Source of the DNA: an uncultured delta proteobacterium | GTDB lineage: Bacteria; Myxococcota; Myxococcia; Myxococcales; Anaeromyxobacteraceae | Direction: 5' to 3' | NCBI GenBank assembly: GCA_963828255.1 | Contig: CAWHDZ010000040.1 | Coordinates: 160,001-224,000, forward strand | DNA: 64,000 nt | In this document: positions 16,677 to 25,922 of the stretch, piece by piece | Numbering within the stretch: position 1 is the stretch's first letter | How the letters are laid out: each line of letters begins with the position of its first letter | The notes under the pieces: generated by a model | What the model was told of the DNA's origin: nothing | What the model saw: only the letters and a program-made list of their open reading frames with translations | Databases searched by the model: none | Made by a program: the position numbers and the translations under genes

Positions 16677-17504
16677 ATGCCCGACAAGCTCCTCACCAGC
16701 GCCCAGGTGGCCCGGATCCTCGGGGTCACGCCGGGTTCGGTGAAGCGCTGGGCCGACATGGGACTTCTCCGCTGCGCCCGGACCGCGGGGCGCCACCGCC
16801 GGTTCGACCCCGTGGAGGTGGAGCGCTTCCTGAAGGACCAGACGGGCGTGGTCCAGCCGGAGCACGGACCGGACGTCGAGGGCTGGATGGAGATCCTCCT
16901 CTCCGACTGCGACACCCACCAGCTGCTCGCCACCCTCTACGCGGAGCGGGCGCGGCTCGGCTCCTGGTGGAGGGTTGCCGAGTCCCTGGCCGCGGTGCTG
17001 GAGGAGATCGGGGAGCGCTGGGCGGAGGGGACGCTCTCCATCCTCGAGGAGCACGTCGCCACCGAGCGGCTCTCCCGCTGCCTGACCCAGGTCTCCGACC
17101 AGCTGCCGTCGCGCCCCGGCGCCCCGCGGCTCCTCCTCACCACCGCGGAGGGGGAGGAGCACACCCTCGGCCTCCTGCTCGCAGAGATCGTCGTCCGGGA
17201 GCACGGCTGGCCGGTCCTCTGGGCCGGGCGGCGCGTGCCGCTCGCCGAGATCGTGGCCCACGTGGCCAGCGGGAGCGTCGATGCCGTGGCCGTCTCGGCC
17301 AGCTCGGTGGCCGACCCGGGCGACCTCCTGGCCCAGACCGAGCGGCTCGGCGCCATCTGCCGGGCCGGCGAGGTCCAGCTGCTCCTCGGCGGCTCCGGCC
17401 CCTGGCCGGAGTGGATCCCCTATGGAGCCCGGGTGGTCACCTTCCAGGAGCTCCGTGGGTGGCTCAAGCTCGTCGAGGCCGGGTCCAGGCCGGACCCGGC
17501 GTGA
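16677..17504 (+). CDS. BldC/MerR-type HTH fused to cobalamin-binding domain (CarH/LitR-like regulator)
   Basis: N-terminal LLTSAQVARILGVTPGSVKRWAD..RTAGRHRRF; W-x9-EH (WAEGTLSILEEH) and ExHxxG (GEEHTLG) AdoB12-binding signatures; LLGG near the C-terminus. Confidence 0.85.
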   Translation: MPDKLLTSAQVARILGVTPGSVKRWADMGLLRCARTAGRHRRFDPVEVERFLKDQTGVVQPEHGPDVEGWMEILLSDCDTHQLLATLYAERARLGSWWRVAESLAAVLEEIGERWAEGTLSILEEHVATERLSRCLTQVSDQLPSRPGAPRLLLTTAEGEEHTLGLLLAEIVVREHGWPVLWAGRRVPLAEIVAHVASGSVDAVAVSASSVADPGDLLAQTERLGAICRAGEVQLLLGGSGPWPEWIPYGARVVTFQELRGWLKLVEAGSRPDPA

Positions 17505-18733
17505 ATCCCTCTCGCCGGGAGCGAAGCGTGCTGCTCCTGGTGGCGGCGGTCCAGTTCGTCAACGTCCTCGACTTCGTCATGGTCGTCCCGCTGGGGCCCG
17601 ACTTCGCCGCAGCGCTGGGGATCCCCATGTCCAGCCTCGGTCTCGTCACCGGCAGCTACACGCTGGCGGCGGCCGCGGCGGGGGCGGCGGGATCCGGCTT
17701 CCTCGACCGGTTCGACCGGCGCTCGGCGCTCGCCGTCGCCATGGCGGGGCTGGTGGTTGCGACGGCCGCGGCCGGGCTGGCCACGGGGCTCTGGACGCTG
17801 CTGGCTGCGCGGGTGGTGGCCGGACTCTTCGGGGGACCGGCCACCTCGCTCGCCTTCGCCATCGTCGCCGACACCGTGCCCCCGGAGCGGCGCGGCCGCG
17901 CCATGGGGCTGGTCATGGGGGCGTTCTCGGTGGCCACCGTGGTCGGGGTGCCGGCCGGGCTCTGGATGGCCCAGGCCGGCGGGTGGCGTACCCCGTTCCT
18001 GGCCGTGGCCGGCATGGGTGTGGTCGTCGCCGCCGGTGCGCTCTTCCTCATGCCGCCCATGCGCGGCCATCTCGTGCACGCCCGGGCCGCCGCGGCGCGG
18101 GGCTACGCCTTCCTTCGCGAGCCTGCAGCGCTGCTCAGCCTCTCGGCGACGGCCACGGCCATGGCCGGCACCTTCGCCCTCGTCCCGAACCTGGCCGCCT
18201 TCCTCCAGTTCAACGCAGGACTGCCCCGCGACCGGCTCGGCTTCCTCTACATGGCCGGGGGGGTGCTCTCCTTCGCGGTTCTCCGGGTGGTGGGGCGCGC
18301 CGTCGATCGCTTCGGCGCCCCTCGGACGGCGGCCGCGGGGACTGCGGTGCTGCTGCTCAACCTGGCGCTCGACTTCGCACCGCCGGCGCCCCTCCTGCCG
18401 GCCTGGGCGATCTTCATCCTCTTCATCCTGGCCAACTCGGTCCGGAACCCGTCCCTCTCCACGCTGGCGTCGCGGGTGCCGTGGGCCTCGGAGCGTGCCC
18501 GCTTCCAGTCCACGCAGTCGGCCGTGCAGCACCTGGCCTCCGCCGGCGGGGCCCTGCTCTCCTCGGCGCTGCTTTCGACCGGGGAGGGAGGGGCCCTCGT
18601 GGGGATGTGGAAGGTGGCGGCCTTCTCCGGGGCGATGGCGGTGGCGTTGCCGCTCCTGCTCGCCGCGGTGCAGCCCCGGGTCCTGCGGCGCGAGGCCGAG
18701 GAGCGGGGCGCGGAGGCGCGGGCGGTTCCCTAG
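17501..18733 (+). CDS. MFS transporter
   Basis: About 12 hydrophobic segments, LDRFDRR motif A, VPPERRGRAMG; GTGA overlap with the regulator stop. Confidence 0.9.
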   Translation: MNPSRRERSVLLLVAAVQFVNVLDFVMVVPLGPDFAAALGIPMSSLGLVTGSYTLAAAAAGAAGSGFLDRFDRRSALAVAMAGLVVATAAAGLATGLWTLLAARVVAGLFGGPATSLAFAIVADTVPPERRGRAMGLVMGAFSVATVVGVPAGLWMAQAGGWRTPFLAVAGMGVVVAAGALFLMPPMRGHLVHARAAAARGYAFLREPAALLSLSATATAMAGTFALVPNLAAFLQFNAGLPRDRLGFLYMAGGVLSFAVLRVVGRAVDRFGAPRTAAAGTAVLLLNLALDFAPPAPLLPAWAIFILFILANSVRNPSLSTLASRVPWASERARFQSTQSAVQHLASAGGALLSSALLSTGEGGALVGMWKVAAFSGAMAVALPLLLAAVQPRVLRREAEERGAEARAVP

Positions 18734-18990
18734 CCTTCGCCGCGCAGGATGGCGTCGAGCTTTCCCTGCCGGTCGAGGGCGTCGATGTCGGAGAACCCTC
18801 CGAGCGACCGATCGCCCACGAAGATCTGGGGCACGGTGCGCTGGCCGGTGGCCTCGACGAGCCAGGCGCGCAGCGCGTCGTCGTGCTCGGCGTCGATTTC
18901 CTCGTAGGCGATCCCCTTGCGGTCGAGCAGCGCCTTGGCCCTCACGCAGTAGGGGCACTGCTCCTTCGAGTAGATCCTGACGTTCGCCAT
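18730..18990 (-). CDS. grxC: Glutaredoxin 3
   Basis: CPYC active site, TVPQIF, GG-FSD. Confidence 0.92.
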   Translation of the reverse strand: MANVRIYSKEQCPYCVRAKALLDRKGIAYEEIDAEHDDALRAWLVEATGQRTVPQIFVGDRSLGGFSDIDALDRQGKLDAILRGEG

Positions 18991-19005
18991 GGAAACTCCC
19001 TTCGG

Positions 19006-19848
19006 CTAAGGGCCCAACGGAACGGTGAAGGGGCCCACCACCGCCTGCCCGCCGCGCAGGTCGAGGGCGACCACCCAGACCTCGGCCGAGGTCTGGCCGG
19101 GGAGCAGCCCGGTCCCCTCGAGGTCGGTGGTGGTGTCCGTGCCCGTGGTGATGCCCTCGGCGAAGGTCCCGGCGGTCGTGTAGAAGTAGCCGGTCATGGT
19201 CTCGGTCTGGGTGACGCCGGCCGCATTCACGTAGCTCTGGACGCTGAGTGGATCGATGAGGAGGCGAACGGGCAAGATCCCGTTCACCGGAAGCGGAGGG
19301 GTGGGCACGCCCACCTGCGCGGGCTGGCCGCCGATCTCGACCCCGAGGATCACCGGGGGAAGGTTGGGATCGGGCGGGGCACTGCGGGTCCACTGCGGGA
19401 TCTGGAGCACGGCCTCGCGCGAATCGGGGCCGTCGGTGACGACCCGGTAGCGGAAGACGGTCAGAAGCTGGTCGGGGACGCTCGGGGGGAGGACCCCGCC
19501 GCCGATCCCCAGGCACTGCAGGAGGATCGCGGTGGGGTTGGCCGTGACCGATCCGTCCGGGGAGGCGGGGACGTCCACCTCGCACTGCGGGACCGCGCAG
19601 GCATAGGCGGCCACGGCCCCCGCGCTGACGGGGCAGAAGGTCCAGCGCTGCTCCACGACGGTGGAACCGGGCGGCAGGTAGTTCCAGGGCTGGATGGTCA
19701 CCGGCTGCCCGGGGGCGAGCTCGAGGGGGTCGGCCACGAGCGCGAGCACCCGGAGTCCGAGGAGGTTGGACTGGGGGGCGAAGTCGTTCGTACAGCCGGC
19801 CGTGAGGAGCGAGGCGGCGAGGAGCGAGACGGCGAGGGATTGGCTCAT
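19006..19848 (-). CDS. Lipoprotein associated with the TonB-dependent receptor
   Basis: Signal peptide with lipobox LTAG-C; RVLALVADP and VVALDLRGG ends; TGATG coupling to the TBDR stop. Confidence 0.75.
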   Translation of the reverse strand: MSQSLAVSLLAASLLTAGCTNDFAPQSNLLGLRVLALVADPLELAPGQPVTIQPWNYLPPGSTVVEQRWTFCPVSAGAVAAYACAVPQCEVDVPASPDGSVTANPTAILLQCLGIGGGVLPPSVPDQLLTVFRYRVVTDGPDSREAVLQIPQWTRSAPPDPNLPPVILGVEIGGQPAQVGVPTPPLPVNGILPVRLLIDPLSVQSYVNAAGVTQTETMTGYFYTTAGTFAEGITTGTDTTTDLEGTGLLPGQTSAEVWVVALDLRGGQAVVGPFTVPLGP

Positions 19849-22439
19849 CACCACTCTCCCTTCAGCCCGAGGATGGGCAGGATGGGAAGTCCGGTCGAGG
19901 GCGTACGCTCGGTGTAATCGTAGTTGTACGTCCAGCCTTCCTGGTTCTCTCGATTGGTCACGTTCTGGGTGTCGAGGTACAGGGTGAGCGTCCAGTCCTT
20001 GAAGGTCCAGACCTTGTCGACGCGCAGGTCGAGGGCCCAGAAGCTGGCCAGCCGGTCGCTGTTGGTCTCCCCGTAGACGGGGACGAAGACGCCGGTGGCA
20101 GAGTCGAAGACCGAGCCCACCACCGGGGTGTAGGGGTTGCCCGAGACGAGCCGGAAGCGCGCTCCGGCGGACCAGCCGCGCCCCAGCTGGTAGGTGCCGA
20201 GCACGGTCAGGTTGTTCGGCTGGTCGAAGTCGTAGGGACGCTGGGCGTCCGGGGGATCGCTGCGCAGCGACCGCTGGAAGGAGTAGGCCAGCCAGCCCGC
20301 GAAGCTGTCGCCGATGGCCACCTTGAGCAGGGTCTCCACGCCGTAGATGGTCCCGGTGCCGGTGCTCGTGTAGCGCGGGGCGTTCGGGTCGAAGTTCGAG
20401 GCCGAGTTGGGGATGGCCTGCTGGGTGAGCGCCTTGTAGAAGCCGGTCACGTCGAGGGAGATCCCCTCCATGAACTTCTGCCCCACCCCGACGCTGGTCT
20501 GCAGGCTCCGCTCGGGATCGAGCCAGGGGTTGCCCGTGGCCGAGTTGGTCTTCTGCGGGCTGGGCGCCTGCTGGTACATGCCCACCGCACCGCGGATCAC
20601 CGTGCCGGGAACCACCTCCCAGCGGGCCAGCAGGCGCGGATCCACGGCCCACTGGTTGATGTCCGAGAACCAGTTGGCGCGGACACCCGGGAGGATGGAG
20701 AGGTTGGGAATGGGGGCCCAGCGGAGCTCGGCGAAGAGCGCCGGTGAGTAGTACATGGTGGTGAGCTGGGCGCCGATCTGTGGCAGCGACGAGGGGGGCA
20801 GGGGGTTGGCCCCGGTGGAGTTGGGCAGGTTGACCGCGATGGCCGCCCGTCCCATCTCGGCGTCGATGCCGGCCCGCAGGTTCCACTGCGAGGAGAAGTC
20901 GTAGGCCCAGGTGCTGCGCAGCGAGAGGCGTCGCAGGTTCAGGTCGAAGAAGTACTGGGGCCCGATCTGCGTGCGGATCTCCTGGAGGCCGATCACCACC
21001 GAGGAGTCCTGGCGGAACCGCTCCGAGAAGGTGTTCTGGTACTGGGCCTGGAGGTTGTAGAAGGAGACCCGCGCGTCGAGTTGGCCGGTGATGGTCGGAT
21101 CGCGCATGGGATTGTCGAAGAGCGCAACCAGCCGGTCCATCGAGCCGTAGAAGATGATTCGCAGCTTCTGGCTGGCGTCCGGGCTCCAGCTGGCGATGAA
21201 CTGGAAGTCGTAGAAGCGCGGGGCCGTGCTGAATGAGAGGTTGGAGTCCTTGGGGAGGAAGACGGGGAGGATGGTGTCGATCCAGGAACGCCGGGCGGCG
21301 CCGCCCAGCGACCAGCCGCCGCCCAGCCCGCCCTCCATCGCCACGCCCACGTCGTACAGGTTCACGTCGGCCTGTCCGTGGAACCCGTCCTGCCGGGGGT
21401 CGCGGACCCGCACGTCGATGATGCCGCCCTGGGCGCGCCCGTAGTCCACCGAGAAGTTGCCGGGTACGAACTCGACCGACTGGAGGAAGGCCGGGGCGTA
21501 GGTGCTGCGGATCCCGCCGAAGTGGTAGAGCTGGGGAATCTGCTGCGACTCGAGGAAGACCTTGCTGTCACCGGGGGCCGAGCCGCGCAGCACGAGGAGT
21601 CCGGCGCCGAAGGGGGCGCGGGCCGCGCCGGGGAGGTTCAGGACCGCCTTCAGCGTGTCGCCGGCCGAGCCGGGAACCGTGAAGACCTGCTCGGCGGTGA
21701 GGACGTCCTTCATGACCTCGCGCTGGATGGCCGAGGCGCTCACCACCGTCTCGTTGGGACCACCCAGGCTCTCGAGGAGGAAGTTCTCCTCACGGACCTC
21801 TCCGGCCTGCCCCGTCACGAGCAGGTCGAGCCTCTGCCGTTCGGGAGGGGAAGCCAGGAGCCGGAACTCCCCGGCAGGCGCCTCGATCTGGAAGCGCCCG
21901 GAGCCGTCGGTCGTGGCGCGGGCCACGACCTCCTGCCCGACCACCGCCGAGACCTCCACGTTGGGGATGGGAAGGCGGGAGCCCCGCTCGAGGAGGTAGC
22001 CGGTGAGCTTCACCGGCGCGGGAGGCGGCGCGGCAGGCTCCTGGATTCGCAGCCGGAAGGTCACGGTGACCGGAACCGGCTCGCCGGTGGTGAGACGGCC
22101 GGGCTCGAAGTCGAAACGGCGCGCCGCCGACAGGGCCGCGGAGTCGAAGGGCTCGCCGGCGCCGCTCTCCACCGACGCCTTCTCCACCTTGCCCTCGGCG
22201 GAGACGTCGAGCGAGAGCACCACCACCACCTCGGGCGACGGGAACACCGTGCCGGGCGGGACGTCGGCCGGCACGAGCTCCTTCAGGCGGGGGGAGGTCG
22301 CGAGCGTCGGTTCGGGCGCAGGTGGAGGTGGGGTCTCGACCGTCCTGGTGACCTGGGCGCCCTGCGCGGCACCCTGGGCGGGGCCGGCGAGGAGCCAGAG
22401 GAGCGACAGGAGCGGCACGGTACGGCCGGAACAGTGCAT
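19848..22439 (-). CDS. TonB-dependent receptor with N-terminal TonB-C-like and carboxypeptidase-regulatory-like domains (myxobacterial type)
   Basis: Signal peptide, FDSAALSAARRFDFEP (TonB-C-like), plug VLNLPG...LVLRGS, C-terminal PILGLKGEW ending in an aromatic residue. Confidence 0.9.
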   Translation of the reverse strand: MHCSGRTVPLLSLLWLLAGPAQGAAQGAQVTRTVETPPPPAPEPTLATSPRLKELVPADVPPGTVFPSPEVVVVLSLDVSAEGKVEKASVESGAGEPFDSAALSAARRFDFEPGRLTTGEPVPVTVTFRLRIQEPAAPPPAPVKLTGYLLERGSRLPIPNVEVSAVVGQEVVARATTDGSGRFQIEAPAGEFRLLASPPERQRLDLLVTGQAGEVREENFLLESLGGPNETVVSASAIQREVMKDVLTAEQVFTVPGSAGDTLKAVLNLPGAARAPFGAGLLVLRGSAPGDSKVFLESQQIPQLYHFGGIRSTYAPAFLQSVEFVPGNFSVDYGRAQGGIIDVRVRDPRQDGFHGQADVNLYDVGVAMEGGLGGGWSLGGAARRSWIDTILPVFLPKDSNLSFSTAPRFYDFQFIASWSPDASQKLRIIFYGSMDRLVALFDNPMRDPTITGQLDARVSFYNLQAQYQNTFSERFRQDSSVVIGLQEIRTQIGPQYFFDLNLRRLSLRSTWAYDFSSQWNLRAGIDAEMGRAAIAVNLPNSTGANPLPPSSLPQIGAQLTTMYYSPALFAELRWAPIPNLSILPGVRANWFSDINQWAVDPRLLARWEVVPGTVIRGAVGMYQQAPSPQKTNSATGNPWLDPERSLQTSVGVGQKFMEGISLDVTGFYKALTQQAIPNSASNFDPNAPRYTSTGTGTIYGVETLLKVAIGDSFAGWLAYSFQRSLRSDPPDAQRPYDFDQPNNLTVLGTYQLGRGWSAGARFRLVSGNPYTPVVGSVFDSATGVFVPVYGETNSDRLASFWALDLRVDKVWTFKDWTLTLYLDTQNVTNRENQEGWTYNYDYTERTPSTGLPILPILGLKGEW

Positions 22440-22443
22440 CGGT

Positions 22444-23175
22444 TCACCCCTCGAGACGGAACTTGTACGTCCAGGCGACGGTGGCCGGCACCGCCTTGCC
22501 GCCCCGCGTGGCAGGGCGGAAGCGGAACCGCTTGACGAGCCGCTGCGCCACCTCGTCGAAGCCGTTGCCGGCGGAGCGTACCACGCGCGATCCGGTGACC
22601 TCTCCCGTGGCCGAGACCTCGAGCTCCAGCCGGACGTCCCCCTCGAGCCCGGAGCGGCGGGCAGCGTCCGGGTAGAGGGCGCGCATCTCGGCCGGGCCGG
22701 GCTGGGCGATGAGCGAGGGGGCGGAATCGGGCTCGGTGTAGTAGGCCGGGGCGTCGGCGCGGTCGCTGGTGCCTCCCGGCGTGGCGCGGAGCGCGGGCGC
22801 GGAGCCGGCCGGGGCGGTGGGGACGGCGATCCCGCCACCGGGGACGGTGGCCTCGAGCGAGACGGCGAAGCGGCGCGGCGCGGCCGGCGGAGGCGGGGTG
22901 GCGCTGCGTGGGGTCTCGAGGAGCGGAGCCGGGGCGGGGGGCGTCTTCGTGGCCGCCTTCGCCACCTCCATCTTGCGGGGAGGCACGGGTGGCGGCGGGG
23001 GCGGGGGTTCGGGAGCCGTTGGCCGGGATTCGACGAGGGTCACCCGGGTGGGCGGGCGGCGTTCGCCCGTGGCGCGCCGGGTCGCGGGCGCCAGGAATAC
23101 CCAGGCGAAGAAGGCCGCGTAGACGACGAGCGCGATCCCCCAGCCCTGGGCGGCGGTGTTGACGACGCGGGTCAC
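22444..23175 (-). CDS. tonB: Energy transducer TonB
   Basis: N-terminal TM, Pro-rich linker, YPDAARRSGLEGDV...RFRFRPA C-domain; GTGA overlap with exbD. Confidence 0.85.
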   Translation of the reverse strand: MTRVVNTAAQGWGIALVVYAAFFAWVFLAPATRRATGERRPPTRVTLVESRPTAPEPPPPPPPVPPRKMEVAKAATKTPPAPAPLLETPRSATPPPPAAPRRFAVSLEATVPGGGIAVPTAPAGSAPALRATPGGTSDRADAPAYYTEPDSAPSLIAQPGPAEMRALYPDAARRSGLEGDVRLELEVSATGEVTGSRVVRSAGNGFDEVAQRLVKRFRFRPATRGGKAVPATVAWTYKFRLEG

Positions 23176-23609
23176 TTCCCGGAGGCCTCGATGGGCTTGG
23201 TGTCGAGAGCGATGTCGGTGACGCCCTCCTGCCGCAGCCGGTCCACCACCTCGGCGAACCGGCCGTACGGAGCCGACACGTCGGCCGAGACGAAGCCGGT
23301 GAGCTTCAGCCCGGGGTCGAGCCGCTTGCGAGCCTCGGCCACCGCGCGGGGGATGTCGTCCACACTGCCCCGCTGGCCGTTCACGTAGAGTTCTCCGGTG
23401 GAGGCCACGACGAGCGCGAGCAGCCCCACCGCGGTCTCCGAGCCGGTGGCGGCGCGAGGGACCTCGACCTCGATGCTCCTCGAGACGATGAGCGAGGAGG
23501 TCACGAGGAAGACGATGAGCAGGACGAGCATCACGTCCACCACCGGGGTGATGTTCACCCCGGTGACCAGCTCGTCGGCCGGGTCGGTTCCGAAGCCGCC
23601 GGTGTTCAC
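23172..23609 (-). CDS. exbD: ExbD/TolR biopolymer transport protein
   Basis: VNITPVVDVMLVLLIVF, ADVSAPYG; GTGA overlap with exbB. Confidence 0.9.
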   Translation of the reverse strand: MNTGGFGTDPADELVTGVNITPVVDVMLVLLIVFLVTSSLIVSRSIEVEVPRAATGSETAVGLLALVVASTGELYVNGQRGSVDDIPRAVAEARKRLDPGLKLTGFVSADVSAPYGRFAEVVDRLRQEGVTDIALDTKPIEASGK

Positions 23610-24259
23610 TGCACGTCCTCCGACTCCAGCCGCCCCAGGTTGGCGAGCACCTCGCGCATGAGCGACTCGGCCTCGCGGAGGCGGACGCCCATGTGGGCCT
23701 TGAGCAGATTGTAGGCCACCACCCCGGGAACGGCGACGAAGATGCCAAAGGCGGTGGAGGCGAGGGCCTCGGCGATGGAGGACATCACCTGGGGATTCCC
23801 CGCCGACTGGGTGGTGCCGGCCTGCCCCAGGCCGTAGAAGGCTCCGACGATCCCGATGATGGTGCCGAGCAGTCCGACCAGCGGCGCGATGTTCGCGATG
23901 GTGGTGAGCCAGGCGACGCGCGCGTCGTAGCGGGTGCGCTCGGCGGCCAGGGCGGCCAGCATCTCCTCCTCGACCGACTTGGGGTCGCGCTCGCCCCGGC
24001 CGACGGCGTCGAGGCCGGCGCGAAGCACGTTGCGAACGAGCGAGTCGCCGGCCACGAGCGTCCGGGCCGAGCCCAGGTCCTGGCGGCGCAGTGCGTCCTG
24101 GAGGCCCGACTGGAGGGCGGAGAAGCGCTCCCGGGTGCGCCAGTAGAGCAGGAGCCGGTCGATGGTGATGGCCAGCCCGATGAAGGAGGCGATCACCAGG
24201 ACCCAGTTGACCCATTCGGCGCCGAGGAGGTTCAGCTCGAGGAATCTCTTCGTCAGCAT
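23606..24259 (-). CDS. exbB: MotA/TolQ/ExbB proton channel protein
   Basis: LTTIANIAPLVGLLGTIIGI, IAEALASTAFGIFVAVP. Confidence 0.9.
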   Translation of the reverse strand: MLTKRFLELNLLGAEWVNWVLVIASFIGLAITIDRLLLYWRTRERFSALQSGLQDALRRQDLGSARTLVAGDSLVRNVLRAGLDAVGRGERDPKSVEEEMLAALAAERTRYDARVAWLTTIANIAPLVGLLGTIIGIVGAFYGLGQAGTTQSAGNPQVMSSIAEALASTAFGIFVAVPGVVAYNLLKAHMGVRLREAESLMREVLANLGRLESEDVQ

Positions 24260-24297
24260 GCGTGCACCCGGAACATCCGTTGAATATAATGAACCGC

Positions 24298-24325
24298 GCG
24301 ACCCATGTAATTTGACGCGGGTCGC
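24298..24325. promoter_or_regulatory. Imperfect palindrome, candidate TetR operator between divergent exbB and tetR
   Basis: GCGACCC-N14-GGGTCGC; TATAAT at 24285-24290 in the same intergenic region. Confidence 0.45.
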
Positions 24326-24353
24326 CAGGCAAGTGAAACGAAGGGTCAGGCCG

Positions 24354-24989
24354 ATGGGACGCAGGGCAGGCTCGAGGAACCTGGACTACGCCCGGACAAG
24401 GTCCGAGATCGTCGGTCGCCTGACCGCCACGATATTGTCGTCCGGTCGTCACAATCTGAGTTTCCGCGAGCTCGCCCAGGCCGCGGGAGTGGCCCCCTCC
24501 ACGCTGCGCCACTACTTCGAGGACCGGGAGGCGGTGCTGGTGGCCGTGATGGACCAGGTCCACGACCTCGGGCTCCGCTACGTCGCGGAGGGAGCCACCG
24601 CCGAGCACGGTGCGGCCCCGGAATCGCTGCGCTGGTTCCTCGGGTTCCTGGTGGAAGGGTGGGGGCGCGGCGTGGGCCGGGCCCACGAGCTGGGGCTGAC
24701 CGAGGGCATCGGGGACGGCGCGCTCGGCCCCGCCTACCTGCGCACGCTCCTCGAGCCCACGCTCCACTCGGCGGAGGCCCGCATCGCGCTGCACATGGCG
24801 CGCGGGGAGGTCGGGCCGTGCGACGTCCGGGTCGCGGCCGTGGAGCTGGTCGCGCCGGTGGTGATCGTGCTGCTCCACCAGCGCGCGCTGGGCGGGTCGT
24901 CGGTCCGGCACCTCGACGTGGAATCCTTCCTCGACGAGCACGTGGCGCGCTTCCTCCGCGCCTTCGGGCCGCGCCCGGCCGCCGCCTGA
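24354..24989 (+). CDS. TetR/AcrR family transcriptional regulator
   Basis: LSFRELAQAAGVAPSTLRHYFEDRE HTH; typical length. Confidence 0.9.
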   Translation: MGRRAGSRNLDYARTRSEIVGRLTATILSSGRHNLSFRELAQAAGVAPSTLRHYFEDREAVLVAVMDQVHDLGLRYVAEGATAEHGAAPESLRWFLGFLVEGWGRGVGRAHELGLTEGIGDGALGPAYLRTLLEPTLHSAEARIALHMARGEVGPCDVRVAAVELVAPVVIVLLHQRALGGSSVRHLDVESFLDEHVARFLRAFGPRPAAA

Positions 24990-25004
24990 CCCGTCCCGGG
25001 CCGT

Positions 25005-25892
25005 TCACGCCCAGTCGCGAGGGGTCCGGATCACCTGGAGGAGCCGCTCCTCCTCGCTGCCCGGCTCCGGGTGGTGGTCGTAGCGCCACTGCACCCGCGG
25101 CGGGAGGGACATGAGGATCGACTCGGTGCGCCCGCCCGTCTCCAGGCCGAAGACCGTCCCGCGGTCGTGGAGCAGGTTGAACTCCACGTAGCGCCCCCGG
25201 CGGATCTCCTGCCACTCCCGCTCCCGTTCGCCCCAGGAGAGCGCCCGGCGCCGCTCCGCGATGGGCAGCCATGCCCGGAGGAAGGAGCGCCCCACGTCCT
25301 CCACGAGGGAGAGCTCCTTCCACGGGTCGCCGCCCAGGTCCTCGAAGAAGATCCCGCCCACGCCCCGGTGCTCGCCCCGGTGCGGGAGGAAGAAGTAGGA
25401 GTCGCAGGTCCGCTTCCACTCCGCGTAGCTGCCCGGCCTGTGGCGCTCGCAGGCCCCGCGGAGCTCCCCGTGGAACCATGCGGCGTCCTCCTCGAAGAGG
25501 TAGTACGGCGTCAGGTCGGCCCCTCCGCCGAACCAGGCCTTCGACCCCCGGGCCAGCAGCCGGACGTTCATGTGCGTGGTCGGGATCCACGGGCTGCGCG
25601 GGTGGAGGACGAGCGAGAGCCCCACCGCCGCGAAGGTGTCGCCGTCCCCGGGGAGGCGCGCCGCCATGCGGGGAGGGACGGGCCCGTGCACCCGGGAGAC
25701 GTTGACGCCGCCCTTCTCCACGAGGGCGCCCCCGGCGAGGACGCGGGTCACGCCTCCTCCGCCCCCGGCGCGCTGCCACGCGTCCCGGGCGAAGCGCCCC
25801 TCGCCGTCGGCCGCCTCGATCGCGGCCGCGATCGCCGCCTGGAGGTCCAGGACCAGGGACTCCATCGCATCCACCAGCCGTGCGTGCTCCAT
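25005..25892 (-). CDS. hemF: Oxygen-dependent coproporphyrinogen III oxidase
   Basis: EKGGVNVS, LHPRSPWIPTTHMNVR, WFGGGADLTP, RGVGGIFF, RRGRYVEFNL, GRTESILMSLPP. Confidence 0.95.
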   Translation of the reverse strand: MEHARLVDAMESLVLDLQAAIAAAIEAADGEGRFARDAWQRAGGGGGVTRVLAGGALVEKGGVNVSRVHGPVPPRMAARLPGDGDTFAAVGLSLVLHPRSPWIPTTHMNVRLLARGSKAWFGGGADLTPYYLFEEDAAWFHGELRGACERHRPGSYAEWKRTCDSYFFLPHRGEHRGVGGIFFEDLGGDPWKELSLVEDVGRSFLRAWLPIAERRRALSWGEREREWQEIRRGRYVEFNLLHDRGTVFGLETGGRTESILMSLPPRVQWRYDHHPEPGSEEERLLQVIRTPRDWA

Positions 25893-25922
25893 CGCTCCTC
25901 CGGGCGTCGTCCCTGGTGGGCG

